A DNA stretch of 64,000 nucleotides from positions 48,238,001 to 48,302,000 of the forward strand of contig NC_045697.1 in assembly GCF_009834535.1 (NCBI RefSeq). Direction: 5' to 3'. A program made the position numbers and the translations under genes. This document shows positions 12,401-25,299 of this stretch, piece after piece (position 1 is the stretch's first letter; each line of letters begins with the position of its first letter). Under the pieces are notes generated by a model. It ran no database searches. It was not told the DNA's origin and worked only from the letters and a program-made list of their open reading frames with translations. Origin of the DNA: Camelus ferus. Taxonomy: Eukaryota.

Positions 12401-13265
12401 TGGCTATGTGTCATTATACATTAGTCAAAAGCCATAGAATGCACAAAAAAAGTAAATCATAATGTGAACTATGGCCTTTAGTTAGTAATATTGTACCAAT
12501 ATTGACTCATCAGTTGTAACAACTGTGCTATATTAATGCAAGATGTTAACAATAGGGCTAACTTGGGGGTAGGTGAGGGGATTTCTGCTCAATTTTTCTG
12601 TATATCTAAAACTGCACACACACAAGAAAATCTATTGATTTAAAAAAAACTGAAGGTAAAATAAAGACTTTCCTATACAAACTAAAACAAAAACAAAATA
12701 GGTGGCAGGCAGAATTTGGCTCTTGGGCTGTGGTTTGTCCATCCCCCTGCCCCTACCTCTGACATATCCATAGATTATCCATCTATCCCATAACAGCCAG
12801 GATGGAGTCTGCATTGCCAGCTGGGAAATGAGTGACCCAGTCCCCAAAACCTATCTTGCTTTCTCAGACCATACTTGGTACCAATTGTGTCAGTTCAGAT
12901 CCTCTAGGAAAGAGATGCTGAGATGGAATTAGGAGTGTAAGAGGCTTATGGTGGGGTATGAAAATAAAGGAGGAGGAAGCAGTATTGGACAGGGGAGATT
13001 TTTGTACCACATTATATATCCAATGATATCTTGGGCAACTCAAGGGGGCCCTGGAGCAAAGATTACCCCCAAAGGAGTTGGTCAGAAACGGCCAGGCAGG
13101 CCTTTGTATTTTCATTGTACTAACTCTTTGGCTGGGAACTGCTCCAATATTGGGTTAGATCCCAAAGGCACTGCAGAGAGGCTGTCAGCAACTGCTCTCC
13201 TCAGAGCTCTGGGGTAAGTTATTTCTTGAAAGGAAATCTAAGGGGGCATCCCCAGGGCTGCACAT
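9437..13265 (-). mobile_element. ERVL (ERV3-16A3/HERV16-like) proviral remnant with LTRs; contains MER58-like and old L1 inserts near 11997-12752
   Basis: LTR-like ends; gag-like TKAIRNALTRGA; pol/integrase-like pieces (GYEWTQPCGL, LLPGNTERVP). Confidence 0.8.
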
Positions 13266-13276
13266 TGTGCCAATTT

Positions 13277-16200
13277 CCTTTTTTTTTTTTTTTTTCCAAT
13301 TTCATTGAGATATAATTGACATATAACATTGTACCAGTTTAAGGTATACAACATAATGATTTGATATATGTATATATTGCAAAATGATTACCACAATCAG
13401 TTCACATAACATCCACCATCTCACAGTTATAAATTTTTTTCTTGTTATGAGAACTTTTAAGATCTACTCTCTCAGCAACTTCCAAACATATAGTACAGCA
13501 ATGTTAACTATAGTCACCATTGCTGTACATTACATCACCAGGAATTATGTATCTTATAACTGAAAGTTTATGCCTTTTGACAAATTTCACACATTTTTCC
13601 CATGTCCCACCCCCACCTTTGGCAACTGCCAATCTGTTCTTTGTTTCTATTAGGGTTTTTTTGTTTTTGTTTTTGTTTTACATTCCACGTATAAATGAGA
13701 TCATACAGTTTTGTCTTTCTGTCTGACTTTTTCACTTAGTATAATGCCCTCAGGTCCATGCATGTTGTCACAAAAAGCAAGATTTCCTTATGGCTGAATA
13801 ATAGTTGACCCTTGAACAATACAATTTGAACCGTGCTGGTTCACTTTTATGTGAATTTTTTTCAATAAATGTGTACTATAGTACTATATGATCCATAAGT
13901 TGGTTGAATTCATGAGTGCAAAACCGTGGATACAGAAGGCTGACCATAAAGTTATACACAGATTTTTGACTGCAGGGGATTGGCTCCCTAACCCGCGTGT
14001 TGTTCAAGGGTCAACTGTATTCCATACGTATACACCACATCCTCTTTATTCATTCATCTGTTGATGAACACTTAGGTTATTTCCATGTCTTGGCTGTTAT
14101 AAATAGTGCTACAGTGAACACGGGAGTGCAGATGTCTCTTTGACATAGCGATATCATTTTCTTCACATTTATACCCAGAAGTCAAATTGCTGGATCATAT
14201 GGTAGGTCTATTTTTAATTTTTGAGTAGTCTTCATAGAGTTGTCCATAGTGACTGCACCAATGTACATTCCCACCAACAGTGCACAAGGGTTCCCTTTTC
14301 TCCACATCCCCACCAACACTTTTTTTCTCTTGTCCTTTTGATGATAGCCCTTCTAACAAGTGTAAGGTTATATCTCATTATAGTTTTGATTTGCTTTTCC
14401 TTGAATATTAGTGACGTTGAACACCTTTTCACAAACCCATTGGCCATTTGGATGTGTTCTTTGGAAAAATGCCTATTCAGTTCCTCTGCTCATTTTTCAA
14501 TCAAATTAGTTATTTTTTGCCATTTAGTTTTATGAGTTCTTTATATATTTTTGGATATTAACCTCTTCTCAGATATAATTGCCAGTATTTTCTCCCATTC
14601 CCTAGGTTGTCTTTTCATTTTTTGATTGTTTCCTTTGCTGTGCAGAGGTTCTCAGTTTGATGTAGTCCCACTTGTTTATTTTTGCTTTTGTTGCCTTTGC
14701 TTTTGGTGTCAAGTCCAAAAAATCATTGCCAAGACCAATGTCAAGGAGTTTACTGCCTATGTTTTCTCTAGGAGTTTTATGGTTAGGTCTTACATTCAAG
14801 TCATTAATCCATTTTCAGTTAATTTTTGTGTCTGGTGTAAAACAGTGATCTGGCTTCATTCTTCTGCATGTAACTGTTTGTTGAAGAGACTGTCCTTTCT
14901 CCATTGTGTATACTTGGCTCCTTTGTCATAAACTCTTAATGACCATACATGAGTGGGTTTATTTCTAGGTGCTCTATTCTGTCTAATGATCTATGTGTCT
15001 GTTTTTAGGACAATATCATACTGTTTTTATTACTGTAGCTTTGTAGTATGGTTTGAAATCAGAGAGCATAATGCCTCCAGCTTTGTTCTTTCTCAATATT
15101 GCTTTGGCTATTATGGGTCTTCAGTGGTTCCATACAAATTTTAAGGATTTTTTGTTCTATTTCTGTGGGGAAAAAAACACCATTGAAGTTTTGATAGACA
15201 TTGCATTGGATTTGTGGATGGCTTTGTATAGTATGGACATTTTAACAATGTTACTTCTTCCAATCCATGAGCATGAAATATCTTTCCATATATTTGTGTC
15301 TTCTTCAGGTTCTTTCATCAGTGTCATACAGTTTTCAGCGTACAGATCTTTCACCTCCTTGGTTAAATTTCTTCCCATGTATTTCATTCTTTTTGATGCA
15401 ATTATAAATGAGGTTATTTTCTTTTTGTTTGTTTTGGCTTTTTAATTTTATTTTTTATTGACGTATAGTTGCAGTACAATATTATGTAAGTTAAGATGTA
15501 TAATACAGTGATTCATAATTTTTAAATGTTATACTCCACTTATAGTTATTATAAAAGATTAGCCTTATTCTCCATATTGTATACTATCTTTGTAGCTTAT
15601 TTCATACCTAATAGTGCTTTCTTAATTTCTCATTCTGATAGTTTGTTGTCAATATATGAAACACAAGTGGTTTTTACATATTGAATTTGTACCCTGCAAC
15701 TTTACTATATTTGCTTATTAGTCTTAACATTTTTTTGTGAATTCTTTAGGGTTTTTATATAAAATATCATGTCATCTGCAAATAGAGACAATTTTACCTC
15801 TTCCATTCTTATTTGGATGCTTTTTATTTCTTTTTTTGCCTGATTGCTCTGGCTAGGAGCTCTGGATTAATATTGCAAGAGTTCAAATTCCACCATCACC
15901 CTTTCCTACTGTGTGACTTCCAGTGTTGAATGAAAGTGGTAAGAATGATTTTTCCTGATTTTAGAGGAAACTCTTTTAGCTTTTCACCATTAGGTACAAT
16001 GTTAGGCATAGGTTGTCATATATGACCTTTATTATGTTGAGGTACATTCCTGCTATATGTAGTTTGTTGAGAATTTTTAGTCATAAGTGGATGTTGAATT
16101 CTTCAAATGCTTTTTTGCATCTACTGAGATGATCGTATGATTTTTATCCTTCATTTTGTTAACATGTGTTGCATTAACTGATTTACAAATGTTGAGCCAT

Positions 16201-17720
16201 CTTTGAAGTTCTGGAATGAATTCAGCTTGATCATGGTGTATAATCCTTTTAATGTGCTGTTGAATTAGGTTTGCTGACATTTTGTTGAGGATTTTTGCTT
16301 CTGTGTTCATGAAGGATACTGGCCTGTAGTTTTCTTTTCTTGTAGTGCTCTTGTCTGGTTTTGGTATTGGAGTAGGGTAATGTTGATCTCATAAAATGAA
16401 TTTGGAAGCACTCCCTTCTCTTCTGTTTTTTGGAACAGTTTGATAAGATTTGGTATTAATTACATTAATACCTTTAAAATAATAATTTATTATATTATTT
16501 ATTATATATTATATAATATATATAATATAATAAATTATATGTAGTTATATGTTATATTACATAAGATGTAATAAAGAATATATATATTATATAATATATA
16601 ATAAATAACATGTAATAAAAGTAAAAAATTTATTAATTAAATCTTCCTTGTGTCTTAATGTAGGCTTTTATTGCTATGAACTTCCCTTTTAGGACTGCCT
16701 TTGCTGAATTCTGGAAGTATTTCTATTTTCATTTATCTCAAGGTTTTTAAAAATTTCTCTTTTGTTTCTTCTTTGATCCACTGGTTGTTCAGCAGCATGT
16801 GTTTAATCTCCACATATTTGCAAACTTTCACTAGCATATCAGCTTATTATGCTTGATATGACTTCAGTCTTCTTAAATTAATTAAGACTTGTTTTGTGGC
16901 CTAACATATGATCTTTGCTAGAGAATATTCCATGTGTACTTAAGAAGAATGTGTATTCTGCTGCTTTTGGATGGAATCTTCTGTTAATGTCTATTAAGTC
17001 CATCAAGTTAAGTGTTGTTTAAATCTAATGTTTCCTTATTGATTTTCTGTCTCAATGATTTAGTCATCTTTGCAAGTAAGAAATTGAAGTCTCCTAATAT
17101 TACAGTTTGCTGTTTTTCCCTTTTGATCTATTAATATTTGCACTATATATTTAGATACTCTAATGTTTGGTGCATAAATATTTATAAATATTATACCCTC
17201 TTGTTGGATCGACCCTTTTATCATCATAAAAGGACTTTGTCTTTTAATTCAGTCTTTGTCATAAAGTCTATTTCATCTGAAAAAAGTAGAGCTACCTCTA
17301 CTTTCTTTTGGTCTCCATTTACATGGAGTAGCTTTTTCCATCCTTTCACTGTAAGTCTTTGTGTGTCCTTACATCTGAAGTGAGTCTCCTGTAGGCAGCA
17401 TAGTTGAGTCTTTTTAAAAAAACTGATGTAGCCACTCTATGTCATTTGATTGGAGAATTTACTTCATTTAAATTTAAAGTAATTATCAATAAGTATGAAC
17501 TTACTATTGCCATTTTTGTTAATTATTCTGATTATTTGTAATGCTTTTGTTCCTACCTCTTTGTCTCCTTCTAATTTGATGATTTTTCTGTAGTAGTATG
17601 CTTATACTCCTTTATCTTTTGTGTATTTACTATAAATTTTTGTTTGTGGTTACCATATATATATATATATATGCTTATATATTTATAAGTCTATTTAAAG
17701 CTGATAACAACTTAAGGCCA
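13277..17720 (-). mobile_element. Older L1 (L1MA9-like), 3' end and ORF2
   Basis: Poly(T) at 13277; degenerate ORF2 peptides ([20 protein letters not shown]). Confidence 0.95.
13803..14018 (+). mobile_element. Short Tigger1-derived MITE inside L1
   Basis: TIRs agttgacccttgaacaa / ttgttcaagggtcaactg at a TA site. Confidence 0.9.
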
Positions 17721-17809
17721 TAAAGTATTAGTGTTTTTAATAAGTAAAAGTATATTTAATATGTGTTTAAAATCACTATTTCATAATTATAAGCCATGAT
17801 TCTAGTAAG

Positions 17810-18040
17810 TAATTTTCTTATATAGTTTAGTTTCTAGGCAAATCACTAAAATTCACTAGGTTTATATTTTAGAATCAGAGTTGCTATGGTATAGTAAGTT
17901 ATTTTCTTCCTGTGACACCCAGTATCTCTTATCTTGTAAAAGCCCCCCCCCCCACCACTATCATTTCCATTTTAGTAGACCCCAAAACAAATCATATAAG
18001 CCAGGCCCCATCACGCTTTGGCAAGATAGCAGCATCCAAA
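17810..18040 (+). pseudogene. Endogenous filovirus-like VP24, C-terminal half
   Basis: SLVSRQITKIH*VYILESELLWYSKLFSS in register with [32 protein letters not shown]..QDSSI~KPGP..HESTL. Confidence 0.72.
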
Positions 18041-18089
18041 CAGGAGGGACCCATCCAGGTGGGACTGCTGAACCACTGTAAGGAACACC

Positions 18090-18575
18090 CCTCCCAAGGC
18101 AGGTAAAAGAGGTCAGATGCCTTAACCAGAAAACAGATCCAAGAGAGACGAGATCATCTGTGTCTTGCCCACCTGTTGCCAGCTATGCTAGCTCAGTATA
18201 TGTTTGGGGCATAATCTACTTTGTGAGAGAGGAGAGGTCAACAGAGCCATGAGCACTGGTGCTTTGAAATGCATTCCCATAACTTCCCCACTGACAGAAC
18301 CAGTCTTTTCTCTGGCCTCCCTGGGACTGGCTCTCTCCTGAGACCTACACCTGTTGGTCAGACTCTTGCTTCTTCTCTGGTTTGTCTTTGCTCTACTTTA
18401 GCCTTTCAGCATCTCCTTTCCTTCTTGGGGTCCTCTTTCTGCTAATCAGCCTCTGATTAGGTCAATTAGCTTAACCTGGACATTCTACTCCCAAGAACTA
18501 CATATCTTTACCCATAGTTGTAGAACCCTAGGTGTTCTAAGACTGCTTGAGTCAGCCATCACTGGTCGTTTCTTC
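18090..18575 (+). pseudogene. Endogenous filovirus-like VP24, N-terminal two thirds (second copy)
   Basis: GR*~GRY; VYVWGIIYFV~VYWAGIEFDV; SLFSGL~NLFPHL; NQPLI~DQSLI; LGVLRLLESAI~LKMLSLIRSNI. Confidence 0.72.
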
Positions 18576-18819
18576 CCAGGAAGCCCTCTTAGAAGCGACC
18601 CAGTTGTGGCTCCATCCAGCCAAGCGGCCACAGGGCTGCTGTGTGATTAGACACTGTCATCTGCTGGTCAGAGCACCAAACTTGAGCCCAGCTGTTGTGC
18701 TCCCTACAGTTCACCCTTGGGCTTAGCTGTGTACACTCCCCATCTGATCTGCCAGCAAGGATTGGAGAGACACTCCTTACTCCCACTCCCCGCCCACACA
18801 CACACCTTATAAGGCCTAG

Positions 18820-21270
18820 AACTTTGAGAAATAACTGCTAGTACTGCCCTGTGGACCCATCTAAAGACTACACCTCCCTTAGAGTCCAAATACATCTTCC
18901 CTATAGAGGATCAATTTTGGATCCTAGACCTCGTTATTTTGTCTTCAACTTAGCTGATCAAATAAGTCATCTGAAAGGGATCTTGAAAAATACTGTCTTA
19001 ATTTGGATGCATACTTGTATTCATGTGGACTTCCAAGCAGTCTCTCCTAGTAACCAGGGTTAGGCTGGGTTTTTATACTGTAGCTTTTGGACTTAGATTT
19101 CACATGTATGGCTCCATGCATATACAAAACAGTCTCTTGTTGAGTTGTTAATCTGTTCAGTAGATAAACTCTAGCAGGCATAGAAAGGCTACTTTCCCAA
19201 AAGAGAAACTGGCTGAATGACATAGTCAACATCTCTATCAAAGCTAAGGAGCTGAGACCAAACATGCTAAATACCCATTCTAGTCTAAACTCTAAGCCAG
19301 CTGAAACTATAGATATTATTCTCTCTCATTCTTCATTCCAAAACCCTAGTGGCTCAGGGGACCCCTCTTGGGTGGAGCTGGCTCTTGCCTGCAACATTTG
19401 CCAAAATCCACGGAATCATCGGCACTGCTTGAGGAATTCCCTCTGTGTCACAAAGGGAAAAGTTTTCTGTTCCTCTGGCCAGAAACACCCAGATACCAAA
19501 GGGCAGGTATAGTCCCTGAAACCAAGGAGGCATTCCGGAGTTGAAAGAAACTGCCAGACATAGGTTTATAGTTGTGGAAAGAGCCTATAGCCTAAAAGTC
19601 TAAATATGTAGGAAACTGGGTCCATCTTATAATTGAATATTCATTAGACCTGGAATTTTAAAAACTTCTGGCTTTGCCTATGTAGACTTCCAAGGCTATC
19701 TCAAACAAGAGATGGAGATTCATCTGGATCAGAGGCCTTAATTAAGCTGTTTAATTACTATAATGTTGGATAGTAACTTTACTCCAGGGTTGTTTGATTT
19801 TTTTAAAGCTTTGGATAAATTTTGAACAAGCAAAACACTTCTTATCTACACCCTTAGTAGAGGTTAATTTCAAATCATCTGCTGCCTCTTTCCAAAAGAC
19901 TAATTGAGAAAAGTGATGTTTGTGAAGAATTGATTGGAGGTCAGGCAGAACATCCAATTCTTGTTATTCTACATTCCATTCTCAGATTGAACCAGACCCT
20001 CATGTACTTGGACAATATTTTCTTGGCCTCATACACAATCACGTTTGCTGTGTTATATTTTGGTGTTACGCCTTCAGCTTTCATCAAGGGATGCTATGAA
20101 AAAAAGAAAGAAAGAAAGAAAGAAAAAACAGGCTAATGAAATCCATTATTCTCTTTGTTCCAGGAACATGGAAGTCATTGCTCACTACATCCCTTAGCTC
20201 TTGCTCTAGAAAGCCCTTATGAAAATTGTCTGACAAAGTTGCCTGCTAGGAGAGGCTTTGCATCCCTTGAGTAACAGGCATAATTTTTCCTCAGTTGATA
20301 AGAGTATAGTAACTGTCTCTTCTGGTACTTTGCCTATCAGAAACGTAGGGCCTAATTCAAAGTTCAGGGATTCAAGCTCCAGTGGGAGGACACGGCTCAT
20401 CTAGCACTGATGGAGTTATTTCCTATATGGGGTTGGAGACCCCAGATTCAGAAGGCTGAAATATCTTGCTCTGGGCTGCCCAGAATGGGATCTCAGTCCA
20501 TGGAGCTTCTGAACTAAGTTACCAGCAGAAATGGTTTTAGATGAAGCTTTCCCTGCTAGCCTATGAAGTTACTAAACTTGGGGCTTATACAGGGTAATCC
20601 GTCAAGGTCCCCTGCTCATAGCTATAATGATACTTCTTTAAAGGCCAGCTTATTGGCCTAGTCCCCACAGGCTGGGTTGTTTTGTTTTATTTTCAAATAG
20701 GGTAGGGAAGGGGACACTGACTTCTAGCTATTTGTGAATGTACTATCGCCTGTATACCCCAGAATAACCATCACAGATTTTCCCCCTCCAACCTCCTCTC
20801 CTGGCCATTGCAATCTGCTTCTTTCTGTTATTGATCATGATGAGCTCATCACTTGTTACTCTGCTGGACACAGCTCTCCCTAGTGGTGACCCCCACTGAT
20901 GTCCCCTCTCAAATTCAGGAGGGCAAAACAATAATTGTATGTCCAAAATGTCAGCCTTGCCACTCAGGAGCAGGACCAGAACTCAGACCTGTCCCCTTGA
21001 GTCTGGAGGCGCATCGTAGAGGCTGCTGCCCTGGATCCCAGCTGCTCAAGAAGGAGTGTTTCCACAAGGAAGTTGTTGACATCAAGGGGAGATGGGTGTT
21101 CCCTCTCATTTTTTGTCTGTCTCCACATGGAACTCAGCCCCACCAGCAGAACTACTCCAAGCCTCCTCACTCTTCCTTGTCTGAAAACACATCTCATTTC
21201 TTACCCCAGAGTTCAGGTGGAAATGTCTTTCTGCATTCTCCAGGACTCATGGTGTGGCCTCATAACATGA
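18820..21270 (+). pseudogene. Endogenous filovirus-like L (RdRp, capping and connector) with internal deletions
   Basis: LDPRPRYFVFNL~LLPQYRNFSFSL; DLEKYCLN (18979-19002, motif A); LAGIERLLSQK~MGGIEGLQQK (motif B); *SLK~QSLK; FAVLYFGVTPS~FAADIFSRTPS; YMGLETPD~YIGSRTED; HSYND~HRYND; AHHLLLCWT~AHLHLTKCCT; DVPSQ~EVPAQ; LFLV*KHISFLTPEFRW~LFLRTSISSFLTFVKEW. Confidence 0.93.
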
Positions 21271-21514
21271 CTGTGGTGTGGTGTGTTCTCGTGGTGTTAG
21301 TGGTACTTTGGTATATTTCCCCAAACCTGGGTCATTCCACATTGGCTATGGTCAGGGTGTTATACTAGAAAGGGTCTCCTAGGAATGGGTAAGGGTTTTA
21401 ACAAAACAGAACCTGTAGTATGTACATATGTTCTTATGTAAATCCAATATTTCCTACGTTAAGTATATCATAGTATCAAAATACTATGTGATTTTTAAAG
21501 TGATAATCGTACCA

Positions 21515-22235
21515 ACTATAATTTATAGCTTTGATTTTTATTGTAATTTTTAAATTCGTACATTGATTTAGGAAACAAATTCTAACACAAGAACGAACAT
21601 TATTGATCTCCTTCATAATCTTGACTGCCATGACCCCTCAACAGAGGGTATCCTTCCAAAGATATTCAATGTCTATACAATTTGATTAATGAGTTTTTAT
21701 TAAAATCCTATAAATTTGTGATGAAATTAATAGATTTTCTGTAGTAAAGTCTAACTTTAATATCATGGAATGAGATATTTCCTTAGCAGGAGTAACTGAC
21801 ATAATTATTGGCAACCAGCCTATAAAAATCATACAAGTATTATTTATGAACTGACCAATTGTGGTAGCCCCATTATTTTAGGTATCCTTTGCCTTTTATA
21901 GCAGTCTTCTTGATTTAATACTTTGGCATACATTTCCCAGAAAATTAAAATCTTCAACTTACCCTCAGGACTTGATGATCAAATAAACAATAATTATAAA
22001 ATACACTTGATTAATAGAGTTCATCCAAAAGAAGAATGCTGCTTAACTTTAATTTATCTGGCATCACTCTAACGTCTCAAGTTATGTAATATAAAACAAT
22101 GACCTGGGCTGTGATTTTTATTAACATTTTGTTTTTGCCTGATTAAATCCCAAGCAATCTGCTAGATTTAAAGAGATGCCAGATGATGATTAAAAGCAAC
22201 CCCACTGCCTGATGACTTCCACAACCAGGTTAATT
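21515..22235 (+). pseudogene. Endogenous filovirus-like VP24, near full length, AT-rich (third copy)
   Basis: CNF*~CNFL; LLHNLDCHD~LLHRLKTND; AGVTDII~AGIQDQL; QKIK/QLTLR~QRVKEQLSLK; NLSGI~NYNGL; NILFL~NMGFL; ARF~AKF; STTRL~SSTRM. Confidence 0.8.
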
Positions 22236-23745
22236 TGCCCTTGAAATATAAGGGCATGGAATTGAAATTCCCCAAAAGCCAAGTCAATAGTGGAGCTGCC
22301 ATCTTGCCCCCACTACCTGGGACAAATAACCCTTGGTCTTCCTCACTTGGGCACTCTGGCAGGACAAGCAGGGAAGTAAAGTGGCTCAAGGACTCTGCAA
22401 TGGCCTTGCCAAACTTTCCTTAGAGCTACACTCAGTCTCAGAAGCTTCCGTGCAACCTTACTTTTTTCTAGAGCAGATTAGAATGCATTGCAGCCTAATG
22501 GCTCTCTCAGCCTCACCTGGCTCCCTCCCCATTTTTTTTCTAATAAATTTCTTTCCTATTACTGTCTATGTAGTAGACCTCTGTTTCATTCTGCAGGGTG
22601 TCTTCATGGTTCAGATCTCTTTGAACCAGACTGCAACCCTCTTACTGCCAATCTGACCATGCTGCTGATTATAATGATTGTGTCCACTAGGTTTTTGATG
22701 GTTATACACTATTTCAGAATCTGATCATCCCCTTTGCTCTCAGTAGTGCAAGTCTTATAATGGCATCTCCTACTGTCAGCTCTGGGGCAGCCACCACTGA
22801 ACTTCCTAGTGATACTGATGCCCTTCTCATTAGCACATACTCACTGCTTGGTAGACAGTGTCTCCACAATGCCATCCTGTGAAGCAGTTTAGGCCAGCTG
22901 AAACTCTTCAAAGAAGTGACATCTTTTTTCTCCCACTTCCATATCTGGTCCAAAGGGACCCTGATGCTGCCTTGGGTGTGACCTTAGGGAAAGACACAAG
23001 TGCAATGACCTGGAGGTCTGGGCTGTTTGCTTTGCTGCTTTGTCTTCCAGTCCTGCTCATGGTTGATCCTGAATGTACCATTGCATCCACCCAGTGTAAA
23101 GATTTGTGGGTTCTAATTTAACCCAATTTATGAAAGGCAATGTTGGTTGCATAGTTGTTTGGCAATCAGATGCTCCATCTACACCAAGGCCCAGTAGCAA
23201 GCCAAGAGCTGTTTTTCAAACAGTATATAATTCTCTGCTGCAAAAGACCTTGTCCAGAACCCTAGCATTCTGCATGTGATCCTCCCATTAAGACTTAATA
23301 TGAATTCCACCTGGCATCCTTCTCCCCCCAAAAACCTCCTTTGGAGTAGAGTCCCTTTTCTCCCTAATCAGCCTTGCACATCTCCAGCTAGGTTATGTTG
23401 TAATTGAAATCTAGTTTTGGACTGACTATAGATATGGAGGAGAGCTTGGGGTTCTGTACCATCATGAACTCCATTAATCTTTCATAGGGAAGACTGGATA
23501 AGTTCAGTAGGTTCATAGGTCCCAGGAATTTGGGGATTTGAAAGTGACCCCATTCTGTCCCAACTAGGACCCTGACCTTGGCATTGCCTACTTGCCTAAC
23601 TAAGAATTGAACCTTCTTTGGAGCTCTGCTACATTTATGGTTAAGTCCAAGTCCTGGTCCTCCATTCTCTCTGCCTTCTGGTGAAGGAGACAAGAGCCTC
23701 TGTAAATGTTATCAAGAAGGCCCCTGGCTTTCACACTTAGCTTTT

Positions 23746-23975
23746 ATTTTATTATTTATTTATTTTTTAAATTGTAGTACGGTCAGTTTACAATGTTGTA
23801 TCAATTCTGGTGTACAGCAAAATGTTGCAGTCAGATACATATATATACATATATTTGTTTCATATTCTTTTTCATCATAGGTTACTACAAGATATTGAAT
23901 ATAGTTCCCTGTGTTATACAGAAGAAACTGGTTATCTACTGTATATATAGTAGTTAGTATCTGCAAATCTCAAAC
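23746..23975 (-). mobile_element. Short 5'-truncated L1 3' end
   Basis: TSD tcacacttag(c/t)tttt at 23731-23745 / 23976-23990. Confidence 0.9.
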
Positions 23976-24218
23976 TCACACTTAGTTTTTAGTTTCCTGA
24001 TTAAACGCTCAACTTTTTGTTATTTTTTCCAGAGTACAACTGCATTTAGCAAGAGCCCCCTAATTCCACCATACTTATGATTAGTACTTCCCGCATACTT
24101 CTCAAATGCCTGACACAGCACACTTGCTTGTTCATTTCCTTCCACATCAACCTTTTAACAATTCAACTTTGAGAAGCCAAGAGTTATCAGTACTCTACCT
24201 GTCATCAGTGATGGGGTC

Positions 24219-24664
24219 TGTACTAGATTCCCAGGGCTGCTGTAACAATTACCACAAACTGGTGGCTTAAAAAACACAAATTTATTGTTTCATTATTATG
24301 GAGTCTAGAAGTCCAAAATCAAGGTGTCAGCAGGGCTAAATTCCCTCTGAAGTCTTCAGGAAAGAATGCTTCCTTGCCTTTTTAAGCTTCGAGTGGCTCC
24401 AGATGTCCCTTGGCTTGTGGCCACATCACTCCAATCTCTGATCTCATCTTCATGTGGCCTTCTTTGTGTCTTCTCTTCTTATGAAGACACCAGTCATTGG
24501 ATTTAGGGCCCACCCTAATCCGCTATGATTTCAGCTCAATCCTTAACTAGTTACATCTGCTAAGACCCTATTTCCAATTAAGATCACATCCTGAGGTTCT
24601 GAATGAACATGAATTTTTTGGTAGGGGGGAAGAGGGGGGAGGTGACACTATTTAACTCACTACA
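24219..24664 (-). mobile_element. MLT1 (MaLR) solo LTR
   Basis: TG...CA ends, 5-bp TSD gggtc (24214-24218 / 24665-24669); ccagggctgctgtaacaattaccacaaactgg. Confidence 0.92.
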
Positions 24665-25299
24665 GGGTCCTCACTGCCAGCCAGCTAGTGACAATCCAGC
24701 TTCAGGATCCTTTCTTAGCGCTGACTCTCTTGGATCATTACTGGCACTAACTGTTGCAGGTTGGGTCCCCAGGAAGCCACCTTTGAAACAGATACAGGAA
24801 GTTCATTAAAGGTTGCTCTTAAATTGAACACATGGGGAAGGGACAGATAGAATGGAAGATTCAGCAAAAGGGGAATTTGGACAACCACATGGTAATACAG
24901 AGAACTTGCCAGATTCCACAGGAGTCTCTGAAGCTAAGATGACCCCTTACTGTTGTTTTACGTGAGATCAAGGGGGCAGAGGTGCCAATGAGTAGGATAA
25001 TCAGACATTGAATGTGGATTGTCTTGGGAAGGGGCTGTGCCCTTAGGCACAGTGTCTCTCTTTAGGCAAACCGTGAAGACTGATAGCTAAGTACTCTCAG
25101 GAATGGAAGAAAAGTACTTCCCTCCTGAAGAAATGTCTAGGTGACACAGGACACCATCCACTATAGCTATCACTGATTAAAACAGAAAATTAACTTATTT
25201 TTATAAAACTGAAATATTTTAGGCTACTATTTTCATTCCTAGAAATAGAAATCAGAGTAGGGGAAAGAAGCAGAAAAATCTTGAAAAGAAAGAAATCTT

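Larger units (their letters stand above)
22400..25163 (-). mobile_element. ERVL proviral remnant (LTR near 24751-25163 plus gag-like internal region)
   Basis: PELTVGDAIIRLALLRAKGMI gag-like peptide; LTR16-like terminal sequence. Confidence 0.75.

Noticed and set aside
16460..16640. Very AT-rich tract
   Set aside because: Low-complexity (TA)-rich expansion inside L1 with no further structure.
20853..21368. 171-aa ORF as a functional or co-opted gene
   Set aside because: It starts at TTG and is only partly in the L frame (the SFLT motif is out of frame). There is no evidence of maintained coding capacity.
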